The notes: generated by a model not told the origin, from the letters alone. DNA of 21,678 nucleotides from an uncultured virus (IMG/VR IMGVR_UViG_2061766007_000596) (IMGVR_UViG_2061766007_000596), one strand, 5' to 3'; counted from the first letter of the stretch, positions 6,220 through 14,299 are shown. Made by a program: numbers and translations.

Positions 6220-6792
6220 CTAACTGTCTTTTAAAACAATTTTTTCTCTATTAATTAATTTATATTTCCCAGTTGTTAATTTTTTATGACAAGTAGGGCA
6301 TAAAATAATTAAATTATCAATTTCATTATTTTGTCTATTTTCATCTATATGATGAACTTCTAATACATCATCATCTTCATTCCATTTACAAATAGCACAT
6401 TCATGAGGATAATTTTTAAAAGCATTTTTTCGATAATACCAAAAACTAGAAGTACCTGTTGTTATTTTAGCTAAATCTTGATGTTCTCTACAACAATAAT
6501 GATTTCCAGTTTTACTACGATTCATTTTTCTCGTTAATGTAAAAAACTTTTTATGACAATAAGCACATTCAACTTCTGTTCTAGCTTTTTCAAATTTACA
6601 AAAAGGACAAACATAATGAGCTTTATTATCTTTTCTTACATTTGCCCATTTAGTTTCAAATTCATAATTATGTTTTTTACATTTTATTTTTATAGTGGAT
6701 TCTTGATTTTCATAACCACCAATATATTCACAAGTTTTTAATGTATTTTTAAAAACTCTTTCTTTTATTTCTTTTTCAGTTAATTTTGGCAT
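6220..6792 (-). CDS. HNH homing endonuclease with N-terminal Zn-binding modules
   Basis: CAIC...LEVHHIDENRQNNEIDNLIILCPTCHK HNH motif; N-terminal CKKH/CPFC and CAYC/YCC. Confidence 0.9.
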   Translation of the reverse strand: MPKLTEKEIKERVFKNTLKTCEYIGGYENQESTIKIKCKKHNYEFETKWANVRKDNKAHYVCPFCKFEKARTEVECAYCHKKFFTLTRKMNRSKTGNHYCCREHQDLAKITTGTSSFWYYRKNAFKNYPHECAICKWNEDDDVLEVHHIDENRQNNEIDNLIILCPTCHKKLTTGKYKLINREKIVLKDS

Positions 6793-6855
6793 ATAAATTA
6801 CTCTCTTTTAATACCTATAAATTTCAAGGATACCAACCATCTTTAATATATAAAT

Positions 6856-6884
6856 ATTCTATCATATTTTTTTAAAATTGTCAA
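6856..6884 (-). promoter_or_regulatory. sigmaA-type promoter (repeat family)
   Basis: TTGACA-17-TAGAAT with extended -10 TG. Confidence 0.75.
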
Positions 6885-6900
6885 ATATAAATTATTTTCT

Positions 6901-6974
6901 AGACACATTTGAAGTTGTTCGCTCTTCCAAAATTAGTGTAAACAATATTATATAAATGATTGCTGTATGTGTCT
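6901..6974 (-). ncRNA. CAGCAA-stem RNA E4 (minimal form)
   Basis: AGACACAT ACAGCAA ... ATGTGTCT, directly 3' of tRNA-Asn. Confidence 0.65.
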
Positions 6975-6977
6975 GAG

Positions 6978-7051
6978 CGGGACTACTAGGATTTGAACCT
7001 AGGGCCTAATGATTAACAGTCATTCGCTACCACCAACTGAGCTATAGTCCC
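6978..7051 (-). tRNA. tRNA-Asn(GTT)
   Basis: GGGACTA/TAGTCCC, G73, AATGA CT GTT AA TCATT, CTAGG TTCAAAT CCTAG. Confidence 0.9.
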
Positions 7052-7449
7052 AATATATCCTAGCTTAGGTTATAAAGTCGGTGCTAGGGAACCGCCCACA
7101 TATTCTTACACCCTTATGGGGAAGGGGAGAGTCTTTTCGATAGAATGCTCAACCTCGGACTCGCGAGACCGCCTTATACACGTTAGCCGCTTTTCTATCT
7201 ATTTAGCTAAATGCACTTCATTCCTTGCTCTACGAAGCGAATTATAATGGTACAACCATAACTCCGGACAGTTCGGCTCTTTTTTAGACTTACGTACTAA
7301 GGTGAGACAAACATAACAAAACATCTCCTTAACGCCATTTTTTGCCATTCTTGGTAGGCACTAATGTGTTTTAAAGGAAACTCTAGTATCAAACTCTATA
7401 AGACATTGGAAATTACTCATGCATTCTCATTTCCTTATCTTATATAAAT

Positions 7450-7478
7450 ATTATATCATAATTTTTTAAAATTGTCAA
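7450..7478 (-). promoter_or_regulatory. sigmaA-type promoter (repeat family)
   Basis: TTGACA-17-TATAAT, TG extension. Confidence 0.85.
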
Positions 7479-7493
7479 TTATGATATAATTAC

Positions 7494-7639
7494 TAGGCAA
7501 ACTACGTTTCAAAAAACCATTGAGGAAAATCATATTGAACGTTTAGTAGAAGTTTTTGATTTTTTACAAGTTTTACAGACTTGACTTTTCAATTATAATA
7601 ATTATTCTATATTATATAAAAGTTTGCTGCATTTGCCTA
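7494..7639 (-). ncRNA. CAGCAA-stem RNA E5, carrying an isolated Tyr(GTA) anticodon stem-loop
   Basis: TAGGCAAA T GCAGCAA ... TTTGCCTA; internal CAAGT CTGTAAA ACTTG at 7567-7583. Confidence 0.65.
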
Positions 7640-7640
7640 A

Positions 7641-7713
7641 AGCCACCGGAGGGAATCGAACCCACAACCCTCTCATTACAAGTGAGATGCGCTGCCTGTT
7701 GCGCCACGGGGGC
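7641..7713 (-). tRNA. tRNA-Thr(TGT)
   Basis: GCCCCCG/CGGTGGC, D stem GCGC/GCGC, TCTCA CT TGT AA TGAGA, T-loop TTCGATT. Confidence 0.9.
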
Positions 7714-7754
7714 ATATTTGTTGAAAGGCTTTTTACCTTTCAACTTATATAAAT

Positions 7755-7783
7755 ATTATAACATAAATTTTTAAAAATGTCAA
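7755..7783 (-). promoter_or_regulatory. sigmaA-type promoter (repeat family)
   Basis: TTGACA-17-TATAAT, TG extension. Confidence 0.85.
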
Positions 7784-7786
7784 GTA

Positions 7787-8332
7787 TCATTTAAAATCGT
7801 GGTCTTGAATTGTAAGTCTAGCATTTTTCCAATGAGTAGCAAAATAAAGATATTCTGTCATATCAATTCTCTGCCCCTCATACACAACAATGGAATTACC
7901 ATTCATAGCATACCACGCTGCATCAATGCATTCTTGGGGGAGATCACCATCATCATACATTTTTAATGCTTTCTTCAATCTACCATCGGTTTTTGGACGA
8001 AATTGACCTGATTCATAAATAACTGTTTCTATTGTATCTTCAAAGTCTTCATCTTCAACCCTGTTCATAACTACAATTCCAACAGCCTGTTGTCCGGCTT
8101 CACACTGATTACCAGCTTCACACCAAATTAAAGCAGACAATAATCTTAATTCTTCTGATTGCTTTTGTTCTCCTAGTTCTTTAGCATAAGCCCATTTAGC
8201 TTTGTCTTCTGTTATATCTTGTACCATTTCTGTTATTCCTACACTTGGCATTATATCTACCGCTTGTGCTTTAATCGGGGTACTTAATAACAATAAAAAA
8301 GAACTAATAGTTATTACTTTCTTTAATTTCAT
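7787..8332 (-). CDS. Cell wall hydrolase, SleB/CwlJ (Hydrolase_2) family, with signal peptide
   Basis: LLSALIWCEAGNQ..GQQAVGIVVMNRV...F.DTIETVIYESGQF; N-terminal K-rich/hydrophobic/AQA signal. Confidence 0.85.
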   Translation of the reverse strand: MKLKKVITISSFLLLLSTPIKAQAVDIMPSVGITEMVQDITEDKAKWAYAKELGEQKQSEELRLLSALIWCEAGNQCEAGQQAVGIVVMNRVEDEDFEDTIETVIYESGQFRPKTDGRLKKALKMYDDGDLPQECIDAAWYAMNGNSIVVYEGQRIDMTEYLYFATHWKNARLTIQDHDFK

Positions 8333-8370
8333 TTTTCTCTCCTTAATGCATTAGCCTATACAAGAGGAAG

Positions 8371-8443
8371 TAGGAATGACAGGACTTGAACCTGCGATCT
8401 CCACATCCCAAATGTGGCGCCTTTCCAACTAGGCTACATCCCT
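8371..8443 (-). tRNA. tRNA-Pro(TGG)
   Basis: AGGGATG/CATTCCT, A73, CCACA TT TGG GA TGTGG, GCAGG TTCAAGT CCTGT. Confidence 0.92.
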
Positions 8444-8645
8444 AGAATTGGTGGGTGTCTTACCCACCGCCAAGTAAATCAAAATATATAGACACTATAG
8501 AAACGATTTACAATTTTCAACTTCGACATTGAAGGATGGCTAATCCGCACCTACGGTTTTACGACCTTAGTAGATATCGTCCACACACTATCGCGAATAT
8601 AAGTTATTAGATATGTTTTATATCTTTTCAATAACTTATATAAAT

Positions 8646-8674
8646 ATTATAACATAATTTTTTAAAATTGTCAA
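8646..8674 (-). promoter_or_regulatory. sigmaA-type promoter (repeat family)
   Basis: TTGACA-17-TATAAT, TG extension. Confidence 0.85.
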
Positions 8675-8694
8675 ATATATGTTATAATATTTAA

Positions 8695-8767
8695 TGGAAC
8701 TACAGGGGATTGAACCCTGAACCTCTGCCTTGCAAGGGCAGCGCTCTCCCAGTTGAGCTATAGCCCC
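8695..8767 (-). tRNA. tRNA-Ala(TGC)
   Basis: GGGGCTA/TAGTTCC with G3:U70, CTGCC CT TGC AA GGCAG. Confidence 0.95.
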
Positions 8768-8913
8768 AAAATGGCGGGATTTTTTCAACCNNNNNNNNNN
8801 NNNNNNNNNNNNNNNNNNNNNNNNNNNNNNNNNNNNNNNNNNNNNNNNNTCTACTTCTCATGTTGCCAATTTAAGATTGCGCATTAACCAATCACCTGAA
8901 TGAAAGGAGGGTT

Positions 8914-9204
8914 TTAAATCTGAAAATTATTTTTTCGTGCCTGAGCATTGATATAATTCTTATATCTTCTCATATCTACTTGAGAATCCCATGAAAAGGA
9001 TATAAAGCATTTGTCCTTGCTGTAATAAAAATCATCTGGATGAAAATCCTTAATTAGCATTTCAATATATGCGGCAGGGGAAAGATTGCATGCTCTAGCT
9101 GCATTCCACCAGTTGCCGGATCCGCCTGCTAAATTGCTAACATCATTGCAATACCATTGTCCACTTGCAGTTGATTGCCATTCAGTTAATTTATATACAG
9201 CCAT
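8914..9204 (-). CDS. Hypothetical phage protein
   Basis: AAGGAG RBS, 96 aa. Confidence 0.75.
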   Translation of the reverse strand: MAVYKLTEWQSTASGQWYCNDVSNLAGGSGNWWNAARACNLSPAAYIEMLIKDFHPDDFYYSKDKCFISFSWDSQVDMRRYKNYINAQARKNNFQI

Positions 9205-9213
9205 ATTTACTCC

Positions 9214-9492
9214 TTATAATCCTAATCTCTGAATCAATGCTCTTACTTCAGCTATTTCATCTTCGGTCATTTCCTTGTTCTGCGGCATAGGCTGGTTTAC
9301 TGTCGTAGTAGTGCTCGCGCTTCCGCCAACCAAATCCTTAGCACAGGTCATAGCCAATTTAATTTCAAGGGGCTCCCCCTCAATAGAAGTAGGAATACGA
9401 ATAGTTTTTCCATCACTATCAATAAAAGAGCCAGGAAATACCTGTAAAATAGCAGTTCCGATTAATGTTTTACTTACTGTTCCTTTAGCCAT
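9214..9492 (-). CDS. Hypothetical phage protein
   Basis: AAAGGA RBS favours the ATG at 9492 (MAKGTVSK...). Confidence 0.75.
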   Translation of the reverse strand: MAKGTVSKTLIGTAILQVFPGSFIDSDGKTIRIPTSIEGEPLEIKLAMTCAKDLVGGSASTTTTVNQPMPQNKEMTEDEIAEVRALIQRLGL

Positions 9493-9658
9493 AAATTCCT
9501 TTTTTCTCCATAAAATCCCATAAGTCATTAGCTACTTTATCATGGAAGCTTTGAAATTCATCACTAAACTCCCATTCTTCAAGAGCGTAATCATAAACAT
9601 TATTACATTTTTCTAAATCAATTTTTACTTTTACTTTGTACTCTTTTTCAAAAACCAT
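9485..9658 (-). CDS. Small hypothetical protein
   Basis: GAAAGGA RBS before MVFEKEY...; directly downstream of a promoter. Confidence 0.65.
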   Translation of the reverse strand: MVFEKEYKVKVKIDLEKCNNVYDYALEEWEFSDEFQSFHDKVANDLWDFMEKKGIYG

Positions 9659-9687
9659 AACATTTCCTTTCTTCATTTCATATATAT

Positions 9688-9716
9688 ATTATATCATAAT
9701 TTTTTTTAAAAGTCAA
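9688..9716 (-). promoter_or_regulatory. sigmaA-type promoter (repeat family)
   Basis: TTGACT-17-TATAAT, TG extension. Confidence 0.8.
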
Positions 9717-10632
9717 AGGGGAAAAATTCATTTGGCTCTTCGTTTTCTGTATCAACATAATATAAATTGAAACAAGAATTGCATACACAATAAGGAAATT
9801 CTTCATCATATATCCAGCATTTCTGTGCTGGAGCAAGTTTCTTCCCGCATATCAAACAAGAGTCATCTGAAATGAAAACATTTGATGATGTGGGGCATAT
9901 AGAATTTGTATTAAATCTATATGAAATTGTTGGTTTTTGTTTGTATTTAAACTTGGGCATATTTCTAGTTGAAGAGAACATTTTTTCTACTTTCTCTATT
10001 GTTGCATCTAACCAATCGCAATATAGTCTTTCATTGGGAGTATGTTCTTCCACATAACCCACCGAAAGATTTACGCCGGCGATTTTCCAAATTGGACATA
10101 GAATTGATATATCAGTAAATGTACCAATATCAGTTTCAAATCCAAATTTACCAATATATTTTTCAAACTCTTCTGAATCACACCCATAAAATACCATATC
10201 TTTTTCATTAGCTCTATCTAATTCAATTATGGCTTTACATTTTTTGAATGGGCATTTCATATACTGGGTTATTAATGCATGAGCCCCGATCCCGCCATGT
10301 TCTTCACCATGAGTGAAGATTATATGCGGGCGGTGGCCTCTTAACACCAGTTCAAGAATTGCATATACACCGGCACGGTCATCAAATCCCGCACCATGGG
10401 GCGCCCACAATATCTTCTGCTCTTGGTCATATATAAAATCATCAAGATCTGGTGTTGCATTAAAAACTGTATCTAAATGAGCTATAAGGCAAATAGGAGT
10501 AGTGCCTTCCGCTAATATATACTGGTCATTATCTATAACACGTTTGTATTTTTTCGACAGGACTTCAATAAGAATATTATGTATCTGTTTCTCGTCCAGG
10601 TGGCATAGGTACTTCATCATTTTCAAGTCCAT
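9706..10632 (-). CDS. M28/M20-family Zn-dependent peptidase-like protein with C-terminal Zn finger
   Basis: AHLDTV, GFDDRAG, GEEHGGIG, ELDR, TDIS, NLSVGYVEEHT motifs; CLIC...CNSC. Confidence 0.8.
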   Translation of the reverse strand: MDLKMMKYLCHLDEKQIHNILIEVLSKKYKRVIDNDQYILAEGTTPICLIAHLDTVFNATPDLDDFIYDQEQKILWAPHGAGFDDRAGVYAILELVLRGHRPHIIFTHGEEHGGIGAHALITQYMKCPFKKCKAIIELDRANEKDMVFYGCDSEEFEKYIGKFGFETDIGTFTDISILCPIWKIAGVNLSVGYVEEHTPNERLYCDWLDATIEKVEKMFSSTRNMPKFKYKQKPTISYRFNTNSICPTSSNVFISDDSCLICGKKLAPAQKCWIYDEEFPYCVCNSCFNLYYVDTENEEPNEFFPFDF

Positions 10633-11512
10633 CTTTAGCCCTCTCTAATACTTTTAATAATCTTTCTTTTTCTTCTTCTGTTCTTTCTGGCTTAAAGCGG
10701 GGTTTAATTATCTCGATTTCCGCATCATTAAAAGCCTTAGCTAAAGATTCAATTCTCTCACAGATATTGCACTTGCCTGTTAAACATTTCTTTTTGCAGT
10801 TTATTCTCATTTGTCCAAAATGAGGAGCTACACAAGTATTTGGAACTTCCATATTGAGATCAAGAATAAGAGTTCCTAAATCTCCCAGCCATTGTCTCTG
10901 CTGATATATTTCATAAATAACAGACAAGCGAGAATTATCAATTCCGCCCAAAATTTCAAATACATCTACATATTCTTCATATAATTCAGTATCTTCCGGT
11001 CTAATCCAGAACTTTGTTAATGGAGGTACTATTTTATTTCCGCCCTTCCCGCACTGAGCTATATTAGGGAATACTCTAATCTGAAGATTATAAATATCTT
11101 TAACTTCTTTAATATCTTTCATATTGAAACCTAATGATTCAACAACATATACATCTGTTGCACCCATTTCCGCAAAAATATATATGTCCTCTATTGTTTT
11201 AGCATGATTAACAAAGAAATATGGAATTTCATTCTCTTTAAGAATATCAGCTAATTCTTTAAATGCAAATGTCGCTACAGCGATATTCCAATTATCATGT
11301 CTTAACATCTGAATACTAGGAATAATCTTCTCTAACAGGTCAAGTAATTCATCTTCTTTTTCCTCAATCCTGACAATTATTCTTTGCTTTTGTTCAAAAT
11401 TCTCTTCAACAAAAGGAACTAGATTATCTCCAATTCCTCTATATAGTAAAATTACTTCGTCAACTTGCTTTAAATGGCGGAAGTTGCGATTATATTGTAC
11501 TGCATATTTCAT
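10577..11512 (-). CDS. Peptidase U32-like (TIM-barrel, Cys-rich C-terminus) protein
   Basis: FWIRPEDTELYEEYVDVFEI...IY......GDL and CKKKC...CNIC pattern; family assigned by recall, no profile search. Confidence 0.55.
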   Translation of the reverse strand: MKYAVQYNRNFRHLKQVDEVILLYRGIGDNLVPFVEENFEQKQRIIVRIEEKEDELLDLLEKIIPSIQMLRHDNWNIAVATFAFKELADILKENEIPYFFVNHAKTIEDIYIFAEMGATDVYVVESLGFNMKDIKEVKDIYNLQIRVFPNIAQCGKGGNKIVPPLTKFWIRPEDTELYEEYVDVFEILGGIDNSRLSVIYEIYQQRQWLGDLGTLILDLNMEVPNTCVAPHFGQMRINCKKKCLTGKCNICERIESLAKAFNDAEIEIIKPRFKPERTEEEKERLLKVLERAKDGLENDEVPMPPGRETDT

Positions 11513-11545
11513 TATGACCACCTCAAAATTTTATTTCTTACTTAT

Positions 11546-11574
11546 ATTATAACATAAATTTTTTGAAATGTCAA
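11546..11574 (-). promoter_or_regulatory. sigmaA-type promoter (repeat family)
   Basis: TTGACA-17-TATAAT, TG extension. Confidence 0.85.
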
Positions 11575-11622
11575 AGAGGAGCGGTTGAATCCCGCCCCTC
11601 TGTGTTTATTATCTGGCTGATA

Positions 11623-12066
11623 TTACTCTTCTGTTGCGTCTGCGTCAGGGTCTACGAGGTCATTTGCATCAACCTCAGGCTCCTCGAAAGGAACAGTGGC
11701 ATAAATCTTGAGGGTCCTGCCATCTACCTTTCTGTCGCTCTTGAATACCTCGCCTGCCTTACCAAGCTGTGTCAGTCTAGCGATAACCTTTGCGTTAGTA
11801 ACTTCCTCGTCGTCAAGAGCCTCAACGATTTCTGCTACAGTCATGGGGTCCTCGCTAAGAACCTCTCTGATTCTTGCCTTGAGGGCATCACCGGCAGCCT
11901 TCTTCTCTGCGGCCTTTTCCTTAGCCTTAGCTGTCCTAGCATCAAGCTGAGCAATAGACTTCTCAATGAAATCTACCATATCCTCAACAGTGATAGTCTC
12001 CTCACCAAATGTTACGTCTACAAGTTCCTGTGAATTAAGTGCTGTAAGAATGTCTCTCTTAGTCAT
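11623..12066 (-). CDS. Probable winged-helix DNA-binding protein
   Basis: PMTVAEIVEAL...VTNAKVIARLTQL...GEVFKS...KIY wHTH-like pattern; AAGGAG RBS. Confidence 0.6.
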   Translation of the reverse strand: MTKRDILTALNSQELVDVTFGEETITVEDMVDFIEKSIAQLDARTAKAKEKAAEKKAAGDALKARIREVLSEDPMTVAEIVEALDDEEVTNAKVIARLTQLGKAGEVFKSDRKVDGRTLKIYATVPFEEPEVDANDLVDPDADATEE

Positions 12067-12192
12067 TTCTTTTTTCTCCTTAAAATTTAAAATTTGTTTT
12101 TTGTTTTCTTATTTCTTATATATATATTATATCATAATTTTTTGAAAANNNNNNNNNNNNNNNNNNNNNNNNNNNNNNNNNNNNNNNNNNNN

Positions 12193-14001
12193 AATATCTT
12201 CCATTTTCACATCTTTAAGATGTGGATACCTAAACTTTTCTGCCTCTTCTGGATTAACGAGATATATAGTTTCTTTTCTATCTTTCCGCCAGGGCATTTC
12301 TCTGTCTATTGCGATAGCATTTTTCTTTAATCTGTTAATCACTGCTAATTCACAGAAAGGACAGCAATAAAGACTTTCAGTTGCTATATCTACAATTTTA
12401 TTGGCTTTTTCATCTAAATGATACTTTTTTAATTCTTTTTCGATTTTAAGCTGTTTTTCTCTATCCCAATCATAGCGATAATTTGTATAATACTGGAAAG
12501 ATACTTTCGGTCTCATCTGAGGATTTTCTTTTATATCCTTATATAAATGATGATTCCAAACTATTTTCCCAATAGTACTTTCAATGAAGAAAATATTGTC
12601 ACATTCAGGACAGTGTTTTATACTCTTTAAACAATATTTACATAATTTTCCAACGGGAGTTTCTGTTAATTGTCCTTTAGTATATTGTCCATTACAGTGT
12701 GCACAAGTAAAATACTTGTCCAAACAATCATTACATATTACTTCTGAAACATGATAATATCTTTCATTATAATCATCTGTTCCAGAATCATACTCTAAAC
12801 TACTTTCACCACAGCATAAGCATTTAGACTTCCCGCTTACAGAGATAATTTTAGTATGCTCTACCTTATTACGATAGCACCAATAGTAAGTCAAAGGATC
12901 ATTGAGCATATCATTATACATTCCTTTGGTATCCCAAAGTATATTATGCTTTTTAAAACTCTTAGCTCTTATCCAATCTCTTTGCTTGTCCATGCGATAT
13001 GCAGATCCCACGTATTTCATATCTTCATAGCGTTCGGGGCCGTAGGTATAATTCCAGCCTAAGTTTTCCTTAGCTAAATCCTTAGTATGCTCAAGAATTT
13101 TGAAACTTAAATCCTTGTTTGTATATGGATAGGGTTTACCTGTCATAATAATATCTTTAGTTACATATACCAATTGCCGCCATCTCTTATTATTCCAAAC
13201 ACCAATGACTTCGCCGGTCTCTTCGTCTATAGCTTCCCCATTAAAAACATAGGGTCTAGATGAATTCTTCAGATATGCACATATTACATTATTTGAGTTC
13301 ATCATCTCTACTGTTCCTACATGATAGCACCCATGAGTTTGCCATGACATACAAGAAGTCCAGTTAGAGCTATTATCACTCATAGTTAAATAATCCAAAG
13401 GGTGTATAGATAAAGCTACAGTACCTTTGATTGTTTTTTCACTAAGAATAATTGCGTGTCTTTTGCGATAATCCTCAAATGCAGGTATATTCCAATCCCA
13501 ATCATCTTTGAAGTATTCCATTATTCTAGTAATAGCTCTAAGGGGCTTAGCATTTTCCTGAATCTGGAGCATTTTATTCGCATTGGGCTTTTTAATTTTT
13601 AAACAACCATGATAATTTATCTTATTATCAATAAGATTATATGGTTCAAGAATATTTCTTATAAAATTTAAATCGTCCTGCGTTAGACCCCACTCTTCTC
13701 GCTTTTCTCTAATCACATTAAGATAGAACTTCCTATAATGTTCATAGAAAGAAAGAACATCATTATTTAATTCTTTAATTTCAAAAGTAAGTATCTGTTC
13801 ATCTTTTTCGTACTCAAAAGGGAACTCTTTAATAAAAGAGTTTCCAAGCAGTCTATAAAGTTTCTGATTTGCATGAGACCAATCTTCTAGCCATTCATCT
13901 AATCCAATAAAATGGTCTGAACAACCAAAAGACTGAATAAAAAGATTAAGTTTTTGTTTGTCCTGTTCAGACAATTTTTCAATTAGATTGATATACTTCA
14001 T
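12193..14001 (-). CDS. Large hypothetical phage protein with C-terminal Zn-ribbon cluster (3' end lost in gap)
   Basis: SIHPLDYLTMSDN...WTSCM..GCY..GTVEMMNS, NNKRWRQL; multiple CxxC; the stop probably lies in the N-run. Confidence 0.8.
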
Positions 14002-14002
14002 A

Positions 14003-14239
14003 TTAGTACCTCATTAAATAGTTTTTGATTTCGTTCTCAATACGTCTCTTGCTTTCAGGCATAAGGTCGCCATCAGATATATTCAAACCCATGCATATAG
14101 TCTGGAGCAAATCATTGGGGTCATCACCATCTTCAAAGTTACTTTTAAACGTGCGGATGATCTGATCTGCATACTCTTCTGACTGAAGTATCATTACCTC
14201 AATTCCGTTAATCTTACCATCTGAAAAATCAATCAACAT
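14003..14239 (-). CDS. Small acidic hypothetical protein
   Basis: GAGGTG RBS; directly downstream of a promoter. Confidence 0.7.
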   Translation of the reverse strand: MLIDFSDGKINGIEVMILQSEEYADQIIRTFKSNFEDGDDPNDLLQTICMGLNISDGDLMPESKRRIENEIKNYLMRY

Positions 14240-14270
14240 AAACAATCACCTCTTTTTCATTTATATAAAT

Positions 14271-14299
14271 ATTATAACATAAATTTTTTAAAAAGTCAA
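14271..14299 (-). promoter_or_regulatory. sigmaA-type promoter (repeat family)
   Basis: TTGACT-17-TATAAT, TG extension. Confidence 0.8.

Noticed and set aside
4151..8767. Theta (HDV-like) ribozymes, tmRNA, RNase P RNA or suppressor tRNAs in the cluster
   Set aside because: No HDV P3/L3 core at tRNA 3' ends, no tmRNA or RNase P terminal signatures, and no CTA/TTA/TCA anticodons found by eye.
8770..8870. Possible further tRNA or RNA (CCCGCCA end) upstream of tRNA-Ala
   Set aside because: Mostly hidden by the N-gap at 8791-8849.
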